64,000 nucleotides of DNA from positions 369,203-433,202 of the forward strand of contig DAOMRS010000001.1 in assembly GCA_035445995.1 (NCBI GenBank), in the 5' to 3' direction. The DNA comes from Candidatus Babelota bacterium. Lineage in GTDB: Bacteria; Babelota; Babeliae; Babelales; Vermiphilaceae. The translations under genes and the position numbers were made by a program. Numbering within the stretch: position 1 is the first letter of the stretch; each line of letters opens with the position of its first letter. Positions 56,030 to 64,000 of this stretch are shown piece after piece. The notes below the pieces were generated by a model. It saw only the letters and a program-made list of their open reading frames with translations. It did not search any database and was not told the origin of the DNA.

Positions 56030-57364
56030 CTAACATACAATCTCATTATTCTCAATAGCTTTATTATATGTTTTTGCAACATACATTGCTACCAAAATCC
56101 ATCCAGCAATTAATCCCATTGAACCAACAGAAATCATTGTTAAGAATACGGATAGGCCAAGTGCCCCACGCGTACCATTTATTAATGATGCAGTTGCTTT
56201 TGAACCACGAGAACCAAACATTTCTATCCAAGCTTGTGCTTTATATTTAGCATCTGCACTAGTTGGAATATACAATTGTTTCATAGTCGGTTGGTTCAAT
56301 GCATAGTTGATAGCTTTTGAGAATACCATGATAGCAGCCGATAAATATAGTGCTGTTGGATACCATGTAATCAACAATACAGCTCCCGCAACCAAAATTG
56401 GCAATAAGATCAATGATGCGAGCATACCAAGCTTACGCTGAATATTGTTAATACCAAACAATACGCTTAACGTTGCAACTACACCAACCATATATGCATA
56501 TTGAGATAAGAATGCACTGCGTCCAAGCTCACTCGAAAAAGAACCATACACGGTTAATTTGAAATGGTAGTCAATTACTGTAACGATAACTTCGTATAAA
56601 GAAATAATTAAGAAAATACCAAAGAGATATCCTTGAGTAACCAATAATCTGAGACCTTCAAAAAACCCTGGTTCTGATTCTGGATGAGCAGATTTATCAC
56701 CTTTAAAACCAGTCAACTGATTTTTTGGTGTAATATTAAAGAACAACCACATAAGGAATAAGGTCAATCCCATTAATACTGCAAGAATACCTAGTATTGG
56801 CGCACTATTGGCAAACCCAAGCGTTCTTGCATTTAAGAAATATGGCCCAAAAATGTTACCCATTTGACCAACTAATGCAATAAGCGGGAATCCACGCTTA
56901 GCTGATTCTGGCAAAGTAATATCAACAGTAATCGCCCAGAATAACGCTACAATCAACGAACCAAAACTTTCTACAAACACATACCAAGCCCAACCGATAT
57001 AACGAGTAGGGTCTTCTACTGTATTAGCCAATCCAATAGTAGGATCAGAGAATGCCCACCAAAAGAAAACCGCTAATGCTGCATACACAGATAACAAACC
57101 ATAAAATACTTTTTCACGAGGGAAAGTATCAACCAATTTTGAATACACTAAAACAAGTGGAGTAATAACGAAAAGGGAAACAATCTTTGCCATCCATAAA
57201 TAATCGCCACCCACAACTGACATGAAAATACTATCTTTAATCGGACGCATAGTCCAATATATACCGATAATTAGGCCGAACATAGCTGCTAACATACCGA
57301 ATTTCTGTACTTCTTCTCTACTCTCAAACTTACCCCAAAGGGTCTGCGCAATACGCTTAAACAT
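56030..57364 (-). CDS. ATP/ADP translocase family nucleotide transporter (Tlc/NTT), copy 2
   Basis: About 12 TM helices. N-terminal signature VQKFGMLAAMFGLIIGIYWTMRPIKDSIF. It is a paralog of 54442..55863. Confidence 0.8.
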   Translation of the reverse strand: MFKRIAQTLWGKFESREEVQKFGMLAAMFGLIIGIYWTMRPIKDSIFMSVVGGDYLWMAKIVSLFVITPLVLVYSKLVDTFPREKVFYGLLSVYAALAVFFWWAFSDPTIGLANTVEDPTRYIGWAWYVFVESFGSLIVALFWAITVDITLPESAKRGFPLIALVGQMGNIFGPYFLNARTLGFANSAPILGILAVLMGLTLFLMWLFFNITPKNQLTGFKGDKSAHPESEPGFFEGLRLLVTQGYLFGIFLIISLYEVIVTVIDYHFKLTVYGSFSSELGRSAFLSQYAYMVGVVATLSVLFGINNIQRKLGMLASLILLPILVAGAVLLITWYPTALYLSAAIMVFSKAINYALNQPTMKQLYIPTSADAKYKAQAWIEMFGSRGSKATASLINGTRGALGLSVFLTMISVGSMGLIAGWILVAMYVAKTYNKAIENNEIVC

Positions 57365-57837
57365 ATATAGATCCTTATTGGAAAAAATACTGTTAGATAA
57401 ATCTCTTAGTTATCGTTATTAGTTTAATAGAAGATAAACAACTTGTAAAAATAATTTGTCCTTTCTATGCCATTGCGCCCCTTTCCCTTACCCAGCTAGC
57501 TCTCCAACTACTCCTTATAAAATTGCCTATCAAAAATAAAAGGCTATCCAGCCAACTAGGCCGGAAAGCTCAATCATAACCCTCAATGGCCATTATAGCA
57601 AGTTATCAACCGTATATCACGATATAATTTTCAATATGAAAACATTTATGGTGTATTTTATCTAATTTACCATTTTATTGACAAAAAAAGCCGGTAGATT
57701 AACTTTAAAATTGGGCATAAAAATGTCTTTTTGCTATACTATGAGTAGTTAAGCTTGGAGGTACTTACATTTTATCTTTATGGTACCCCAACCAGTCATA
57801 TTTAAGAAAAAAACTATTAAATCTAGGACTAGAGCAT

Positions 57838-60270
57838 ATGGAACAACACAAAGAAACTATGGGTGCAGCAACGAGCGCAACCTTTAACAGGTTACCGTTG
57901 TTACCATTAAAAAACGTAGTTATCTTGCCTAAAAGCATTATTCCTATCGTCGTAGGTAGACCCCTTTCTATTAAGGCGGTTGAGCATGCTCTCAATAATG
58001 ATCGTTCATTATTTATTACGGCTCAAAAAGACTCAAAAACTGAAAACCCTACTATAAATGACCTATTTGAGGTTGGTACACGTTCAAACATTCTACAAGT
58101 AAGACGTATGCCAAATGGTACTCTCAATATATTGGCAGAAGGTATCTGTCGCGCAAAAGTTGATTCATTTGATGAACAAGATGGTTTTTTTAGCATTAGC
58201 TATAATGATTTAAAAACAACCAACAATGATCAAGACATTGAACTAGAAGCAATCTGGCGTCAATTAAGTGGGTTATACCAAGGATATGCAAAACTTAATG
58301 AAAAAGCACCTATTGATATTATTCAATCGGTAAAAACTCCTGAAGACATGGATTACATTACTGATACTATTGTAGTACATAGCAATGTATCTTTTGATGA
58401 TCGCCAAGATATTCTTGAAACCCCCGATCTAAAAGATCGTATGCTCAAAGTATGTGCTTTACTCAATAAAGAAACAGAAATTTTACAAACTGAACAACGC
58501 ATACAAGGTCGAATTCAAACACAAGTTGAAAAAAGTCAACGTGAATACTATTTGACCGAACAGATGAAAGCTATCCAAAAAGAACTTGGACGAGAAGATC
58601 AATCTGCTGAAATTGAACAACTGCGCGCAAAGGCAAAAAAGTTATCTCTTCCTGAAGATGCTATGGAAAAGGTTGAAAAAGAATTACGCCGTCTTGAACA
58701 AATGCCCCCATTATCATCTGAAGCTGTGGTAAGTCGCCACTATGTTGATTGGGTAATCTCATTACCATGGCATAAAATAAGTGCTGATACCATTAGTTTA
58801 AAGCAAGCAGAGCGTATTTTGAATGAAAATCATGCAAGCTTAAAAAAACCAAAAGAACGCATTACTGAATTTTTGGCAGCAAAAAAATTCTCAAAAAATC
58901 TCGAGCGTTCACCAATTATTTGCTTAGTTGGTCCTCCGGGTGTAGGTAAAACATCGTTAGCAAAATCAATTGCCGATGCACTTGGTAGAGAATTCGTTCG
59001 AATTTCTTTGGGTGGTATTCGCGATGAAGCAGAAATTCGTGGTCACCGCCGCACTTATATTGGTGCTTTACCGGGCAAAATTATTCAAGCAATGCGCAAA
59101 GCAAACACTATGAATCCAGTAATTTTGCTTGATGAAATTGATAAAATGTCACGAGATATTCATGGTGATCCTGCAGCAGCAATGTTAGAGGTATTAGACC
59201 CGGAACAAAACAAAACATTTGTAGATCACTTTTTGGATATTGAATATGATCTTTCAAAAGTAATGTTTATTACTACAGCAAACGTACTTGAACATATTCC
59301 ATATCCACTGTTTGATCGCTTGGAAGTTATTTCATTATCTGGATACACAGATGCAGAAAAACACTCCATTGCAAAAGAGTTTCTAATCCCTAAAAACTTA
59401 GAAGAATATAACTTGACCAAACGTCAGTTTAAAATATCTGATGAAATATTGGAGCATGTTATTACCGAATACACAAAAGAAGCGGGTGTACGTCAATTAG
59501 AACGTACTATTGCCAAATTAATGCGTAAAGCTATTCAGTATTTACTTCAAAATAAACAAGTAAAGAATATTGTGGTAACCAAAGACCGGGTAAAAGAATG
59601 GTTGGGCAATGTTATCTTCAAGAAAACTAGTTTGAATCCAAACAAAGAACGCATTGGATTAGCAACAGGCTTGGCATGGACAGAAGTTGGTGGCGATGTT
59701 CTAGAAATCGAAGTTTCTGCCATACCAGGAAAAGGCGGTATCACCTTGACCGGCCAACTTGGTGAAGTTATGCAAGAATCTGGCCAAGCTGCATTGAGTT
59801 ATATTCGTGCACGCGCTGTTGATTTGGGACTTAAAGCATCATTTCATTCTAGCAAAGATATTCACGTACACATTCCAGAAGGTGCTACACCAAAAGATGG
59901 ACCATCTGCCGGTATTACTATTGCTACCGCATTAGTATCTGCTCTAACAAAAAATCCAACATTAGAACATCTTGCAATGACCGGTGAGATTACCTTGCAG
60001 GGCCGCGTACTTGCTATCGGTGGACTAAAAGAAAAACTGTTAGCAGCACAACAACATAAAATGACAAAGATTATTGTGCCATATGAAAATAAAGATGAAA
60101 TTGAAGAAATCAAAAAAGAAATTAACCTTGATTCACTCAATATTGTCTTTGTAAAAAATACTGATGAAGTATTAGCTGAAGCTTTCATTGAAAATCCATT
60201 CAAAAGAGCTAAACTAATTAAAGCAAAATCAAAAAAAACAACTAAGAAAAAACAAACAACAAAAAAATAA
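57838..60270 (+). CDS. lon: ATP-dependent Lon protease
   Basis: LON N-domain ([13 protein letters not shown]), Walker [12 protein letters not shown], Walker B ILLDEIDK, and catalytic serine PKDGPSAG. Lys-rich C-terminal tail. Confidence 0.95.
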   Translation: MEQHKETMGAATSATFNRLPLLPLKNVVILPKSIIPIVVGRPLSIKAVEHALNNDRSLFITAQKDSKTENPTINDLFEVGTRSNILQVRRMPNGTLNILAEGICRAKVDSFDEQDGFFSISYNDLKTTNNDQDIELEAIWRQLSGLYQGYAKLNEKAPIDIIQSVKTPEDMDYITDTIVVHSNVSFDDRQDILETPDLKDRMLKVCALLNKETEILQTEQRIQGRIQTQVEKSQREYYLTEQMKAIQKELGREDQSAEIEQLRAKAKKLSLPEDAMEKVEKELRRLEQMPPLSSEAVVSRHYVDWVISLPWHKISADTISLKQAERILNENHASLKKPKERITEFLAAKKFSKNLERSPIICLVGPPGVGKTSLAKSIADALGREFVRISLGGIRDEAEIRGHRRTYIGALPGKIIQAMRKANTMNPVILLDEIDKMSRDIHGDPAAAMLEVLDPEQNKTFVDHFLDIEYDLSKVMFITTANVLEHIPYPLFDRLEVISLSGYTDAEKHSIAKEFLIPKNLEEYNLTKRQFKISDEILEHVITEYTKEAGVRQLERTIAKLMRKAIQYLLQNKQVKNIVVTKDRVKEWLGNVIFKKTSLNPNKERIGLATGLAWTEVGGDVLEIEVSAIPGKGGITLTGQLGEVMQESGQAALSYIRARAVDLGLKASFHSSKDIHVHIPEGATPKDGPSAGITIATALVSALTKNPTLEHLAMTGEITLQGRVLAIGGLKEKLLAAQQHKMTKIIVPYENKDEIEEIKKEINLDSLNIVFVKNTDEVLAEAFIENPFKRAKLIKAKSKKTTKKKQTTKK

Positions 60271-60297
60271 TACATCATTTAATTCATCGGAGTTTGT

Positions 60298-60501
60298 ATG
60301 AATAAAACAGTTTTAACAACTGCATTAAGTATCAGCATTTTATTAGTGATTCCTGCTTGTGGTGGCACAAAACAAAAAAAATCAGCAACCCCAAAGAAGC
60401 TTGATATTATTGAAGCACTCATTGAAGAAGAAACAACTAAAAATGTTGAAGATGATATTAATATAGAAGAAGAACAAGACGAAGTACGCATTAAATTTTA
60501 A
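60298..60501 (+). CDS. small acidic lipoprotein (candidate)
   Basis: 67 aa. Leader MNKTVLTTALSISILLVIPAC with a lipobox-like IPAC. E/D-rich remainder. Confidence 0.5.
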   Translation: MNKTVLTTALSISILLVIPACGGTKQKKSATPKKLDIIEALIEEETTKNVEDDINIEEEQDEVRIKF

Positions 60502-60526
60502 TATGTTTATTAAATCTTGATATACT

Positions 60527-60557
60527 GAGCCCAGCAAAATTGCTGGGCTTTTTTTTT
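60527..60557 (+). terminator. Rho-independent terminator
   Basis: GAGCCCAGCA-aaau-UGCUGGGCU hairpin followed by T9. Confidence 0.75.
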
Positions 60558-60591
60558 GTTAAATTTGATCAACTCAAAAAAGGGTTTATTA

Positions 60592-62265
60592 ATGAGTACT
60601 TTTCAAAAAACAGCTTTTATTTTAATGTTCTCATGCCATTTTGCTTTAATGAGCATGACTACCGATGAGAAATTAAAATTCAGCACGCATGATGAAACAT
60701 CTCAGGATGAACCTATTGCTATCAAAAAAAACCTCTGCCAACATTCAAATACCATAACTAACATGGTAGAAGATTTGGAATCCACTGATGTCATTCCTCT
60801 AGATAAACTGGATCGTGCAACATTATTATTAGTGAAAGACTACTTAAAAATTATCCATAAGATGAAACAGCGTACTACATCTGGCATCCGAAAAAATAAA
60901 ATACATACCAAATTACGTACGTTGCTCCAATCGCTCGCAAGCCCTGTTCTTAAATCTGTTATACACGCTAGCAATTTTCTTGATGTAAAAAAATTACTTA
61001 AATATTCCTGCCACGCGTGGCAACAACGCGTCTTTTCTCAAAAAACTCTCCATAAATTATATAAAAGAGAAACCCTATTTACTAAACCTAATTTATTATT
61101 ACCAGCTGAAATAGACACCTTAGCTACAAAAGAAATTGGTACTCAATTAGCTCAGTACATTTATAAAAACCATATAGCAACCACACCACAATTACATAAC
61201 AAACCAATTTACAAATGTGGGTTTGGACTACGCTCAGTAAGTTATAATCATGATGGATCTTTTATTGCTGCAGGCTCAGGTGATCATTGCATTTATATCT
61301 TTGACGCCCACACGTTGTACCTCGTAGATACATTAGTCGGACATACTATGGTTATAGAGCAAATCAAATTTGGCCCCACACACACCAAATTACTTGCTTC
61401 AACATCTGCAGACCATACCGTACGCATTTGGCATCTTGATACCAATATCTGTGATGTATTGGAAGGACATACCAAAGGAACTAATGCCATCGCGTTTAAT
61501 ACTGATGGCACTAAACTTGCATCTACATCTGAGGATAAAACAGTACGCATTTGGAGTATTCCAAATAAAACATGTTTATATACTATTAATGGAAACACAA
61601 GAGCTACATGGAAAGTCTTTTTCAACACAGATAATCTTATTACCGTAGCAGCATGTGATAATACGGTTAAACAATGGAAACTACTAGAAGATCAAAAAAC
61701 TGAGTTAAAAAATAGCTTTGAGGGAAGCTATGGCGAATTATGTTTTAATAAAAAGCAAACCATATTTGCTACTGATACACAGGATTATAACATCCATTTA
61801 ATAGATGTAGAAACAGGTGCACTGTATCGTATTTTTAAAGGACACAGTAGCCCAATTTTTTATTTAGTCTTTAATCATGACGAGACATTATTAGCATCTT
61901 GCTCAAAAGATCATACGATACGCATTTGGGATATAGAAGCCGATACCTGTATAAGAACTATTAATCAGCATACAGATTATGTTTATGAAGTAAGTTTTTC
62001 TCCAGATGGATGCAAGTTAATTTCTGCATCACAAGATTGCACATTGTATATGTGGACATTACTTGGGCAAGAAAAGAAACGGTTGTTAGACAAATTACAA
62101 AAGAGAACATTACTCAAACATGCACAACTGTTATGGCTGGCATTTACTGAACATACCTATAACCCACTTAACCTAAGAAGATATCCATATTTGAAACAGT
62201 TATTTGATGAGTTTAATACCACCGAGAAAAAAATATTCCGCAAGCATTTAAATATCCTCGCCTAA
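60592..62265 (+). CDS. Skp1/BTB-like domain fused to WD40 beta-propeller, with N-terminal hydrophobic leader (paralog A)
   Basis: Start ATG 60592, after the terminator. Leader TAFILMFSCHFALMSM. Skp1-like blocks IAIKKNLCQHSNTITNMVEDLESTDVIPLDKLDRATLLLVKDYL and VLKSVIHASNFLDVKKLLKYSCHAW. WD40 repeats follow (DHCIYIFD, DHTVRIWHL, DKTVRIWSI, DNTVKQW, DHTIRIWDI, DCTLYMW). Confidence 0.75.
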   Translation: MSTFQKTAFILMFSCHFALMSMTTDEKLKFSTHDETSQDEPIAIKKNLCQHSNTITNMVEDLESTDVIPLDKLDRATLLLVKDYLKIIHKMKQRTTSGIRKNKIHTKLRTLLQSLASPVLKSVIHASNFLDVKKLLKYSCHAWQQRVFSQKTLHKLYKRETLFTKPNLLLPAEIDTLATKEIGTQLAQYIYKNHIATTPQLHNKPIYKCGFGLRSVSYNHDGSFIAAGSGDHCIYIFDAHTLYLVDTLVGHTMVIEQIKFGPTHTKLLASTSADHTVRIWHLDTNICDVLEGHTKGTNAIAFNTDGTKLASTSEDKTVRIWSIPNKTCLYTINGNTRATWKVFFNTDNLITVAACDNTVKQWKLLEDQKTELKNSFEGSYGELCFNKKQTIFATDTQDYNIHLIDVETGALYRIFKGHSSPIFYLVFNHDETLLASCSKDHTIRIWDIEADTCIRTINQHTDYVYEVSFSPDGCKLISASQDCTLYMWTLLGQEKKRLLDKLQKRTLLKHAQLLWLAFTEHTYNPLNLRRYPYLKQLFDEFNTTEKKIFRKHLNILA

Positions 62266-62345
62266 GCTAAAAAATATCTTCTTGCATAAGACGGTGTTTG
62301 TGGCAAAATCTTAGACAATAAACTCACTTCTTGGAGAAAGAAGTA

Positions 62346-64000
62346 ATGAACATAAAAATTATATTATCATATGGATTATATTTTGTTTTTTGTTGCTACG
62401 CTATGGATGGTGATACTATAACAATAGAATGCCTCAGCCATAACCCACCTCAAAAAGTACTATTACCAAAAAAGTATGTAGCTTTATGGCAGACAATCAA
62501 TGAAGCCTTAGAAACAAATCCAACAGAAAGAACGATTGCCCTTCCGCATATAAATAAAATCACTGCCCAACTTATTATTGAAACCTATGTACCAGAAATA
62601 TATAGATGCAAAAAAAAGTTATTAACTCCACAAATAGCCAATGGCATTCGTACACATATAAAAACTCTATTAAATCAACTATCCTTGCAAGATCTTTATA
62701 CGGTAATGAAAGCAGCCGACTATCTTAATATTCCAGAACTCATACAACTGAGCTGTAAAGTATGGATACACAAAAGCGTTGCAGCTCAATCTTTTGCACA
62801 TTTACATGAAAAAAACAATCAAATTGCCTCTTATATGCTGGTGCCCACCTTATATGCGTGTATATACAATCAACTTGCACCCTCGTTGACCTCATACTTA
62901 TATCGACGTCACATTGCCACTAGAGATCCTATGCCAGATACTATTATCCTACAGTTAGAACATAATGACCATAATATTGATGATGGTTTTAATAACGTTT
63001 TATTCAATACAGATAACACTCATATAGCTGCTGGTTCAAACCGAGGCATAATATACATACAGCCGATTAATAAAAAATATGATCTTTTGACATTATTAGA
63101 CCACCATCAAGCAATAACATCTTTATGCTTTAGCCCAACAAATCCCTTTTTGCTTGCCTCAGGTTCATATGATCACACTATTAAACTATGGGATTTAGAA
63201 AAGGACAGCAGCCTTATACATACATTTGAAGGACATACTACTCCTGTCAGTAACATCACTTTTAATCCAACAGGTACACATCTTGTATCAACATCTATCA
63301 TGGATAATACCACGCGCATTTGGAATATAACTACCAAACAATGTATACAAATATTACCCATAGAAGAATATCCATGGAGAGTCAAGTTCTTAAATAATAC
63401 TACTTTTGCCTGTGCCACTTGTGCTAACGCTATATATTTTTGGCAATGGAATGCTGCAACCAATATGTATACAACTATAGATATATTAAAACAAGCAAGT
63501 TTCGGTGAATTTGGATTTAACCATACAAACAATACATTTGTAACAGATACACACTCCGGTACAATTTTACTGGTAGATTTTAATACCAAAAATCTTATAT
63601 ATAGATTCCTCAAGCATACTGATACTATTTACGGCCTTTGCTTTAATCATGCTGGAAATCTATTAGCATCTGCCTCCGATGATAAAACCATTTGCATCTG
63701 GGATCTGTCTACAAAACAATGTATTCAACGATTACATCATGGTGCAGCAGTGAAAGCAATTGACTTTACTGCTGATGACACTGCATTAATCTCTGCTTCT
63801 CATGATGGTACCGTGCGGATATGGCAACTTGTTACCCCTAATCATAAAGCTGCCCTGGATAGCCTAAAACAACTTACATATTTATGCGATCCAGTCACTC
63901 GCACAGACAAACCAACTATTGTATTTGATCAACTGCGACTCCTTGCTTATATGTCATCACTTACACAAGAAAACCAATCATTAAATCTTAATGAATATCC
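62346..64000 (+). CDS. Skp1/BTB-like domain fused to WD40 beta-propeller, with N-terminal hydrophobic leader (paralog B; partial, runs off window end)
   Basis: Manual translation from ATG 62346 (after GGAGAAAG) is open to the window end. Sequence reads MNIKIILSYGLYFVFCCYA..ITIECLSHNPPQKVLLPKKYVALWQTINEALETNPTERTIALPHINKITAQLIIETY...LYTVMKAADYLNIPELIQLSCKVW. WD40 repeats follow (DHTIKLWDL, DNTTRIWNI, DKTICIWDL, DGTVRIWQL). It is absent from the ORF track because there is no stop in the window. Confidence 0.75.
   Translation, partial: MNIKIILSYGLYFVFCCYAMDGDTITIECLSHNPPQKVLLPKKYVALWQTINEALETNPTERTIALPHINKITAQLIIETYVPEIYRCKKKLLTPQIANGIRTHIKTLLNQLSLQDLYTVMKAADYLNIPELIQLSCKVWIHKSVAAQSFAHLHEKNNQIASYMLVPTLYACIYNQLAPSLTSYLYRRHIATRDPMPDTIILQLEHNDHNIDDGFNNVLFNTDNTHIAAGSNRGIIYIQPINKKYDLLTLLDHHQAITSLCFSPTNPFLLASGSYDHTIKLWDLEKDSSLIHTFEGHTTPVSNITFNPTGTHLVSTSIMDNTTRIWNITTKQCIQILPIEEYPWRVKFLNNTTFACATCANAIYFWQWNAATNMYTTIDILKQASFGEFGFNHTNNTFVTDTHSGTILLVDFNTKNLIYRFLKHTDTIYGLCFNHAGNLLASASDDKTICIWDLSTKQCIQRLHHGAAVKAIDFTADDTALISASHDGTVRIWQLVTPNHKAALDSLKQLTYLCDPVTRTDKPTIVFDQLRLLAYMSSLTQENQSLNLNEY

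Noticed and set aside
1-64000. I looked for CRISPR arrays, IS elements or transposases, prophage genes and rRNA operons.
   Set aside because: I found no regularly spaced direct repeats, no transposase or DDE motifs, no phage structural genes and no rRNA-like sequence. The only repeats are the nth-end duplication, the 21-bp tandem repeat and the two paralog pairs.

Overview
This is an AT-rich, gene-dense bacterial chromosomal segment. I support about 60 protein-coding genes, 2 tRNAs (Leu-TAG, Ser-GGA) and several hairpin terminators. I found no rRNA, CRISPR array, transposase or phage genes.

The backbone is housekeeping: ssb, pgsA, mnmA, argS, tsf-pyrH-frr, tig, trxB, rpmH-rnpA-yidD, thrS, nth, a Xer recombinase, a PBP2-type transpeptidase, rpsT, rpmB, suhB, ftsH, tolQ-tolR-tolA-like-tolB, cca, dsbD, hpf, der, dnaX, rpsB and lon.

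Two tandem ATP/ADP-translocase (Tlc/NTT) genes, a Gram-negative Tol system and many eukaryote-like or leader-bearing accessory proteins suggest an obligate intracellular, energy-parasitic bacterium of protists. Dependentiae/TM6-like or similar is an inference, not verified.

The most interesting content, in window order:
- An ATAD3-like coiled-coil/TM/AAA+ protein sits in a three-gene secreted or membrane module (3.3-7.4 kb).
- An F-box-like leader protein lies at 15.0-16.4 kb.
- An accessory island of small-molecule-modifying genes, including an APH(9)-like kinase, spans 20.3-24.7 kb.
- It is followed by a Hint-domain polymorphic toxin with a translationally coupled immunity candidate and an orphan toxin tip (24.7-27.0 kb).
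- A 93-bp duplicate of the nth 3' end differs from the functional copy only at synonymous sites and brackets a small coiled-coil gene (27.0-27.8 kb).
- Two tandem paralogous roughly 900-aa proteins combine 7 TM helices, a sensor region, a catalytically degenerate sigma-54-activator-type AAA+ domain and a Fis-type HTH (28.6-34.3 kb).
- A secreted protein carries an OspF/SpvC-like phosphothreonine-lyase signature (46.1-47.6 kb).
- Two tandem paralogs fuse a Skp1/BTB-like domain directly to a WD40 propeller (60.6 kb to the window end).

All family assignments come from motif reading and remembered family signatures. No database search was run.
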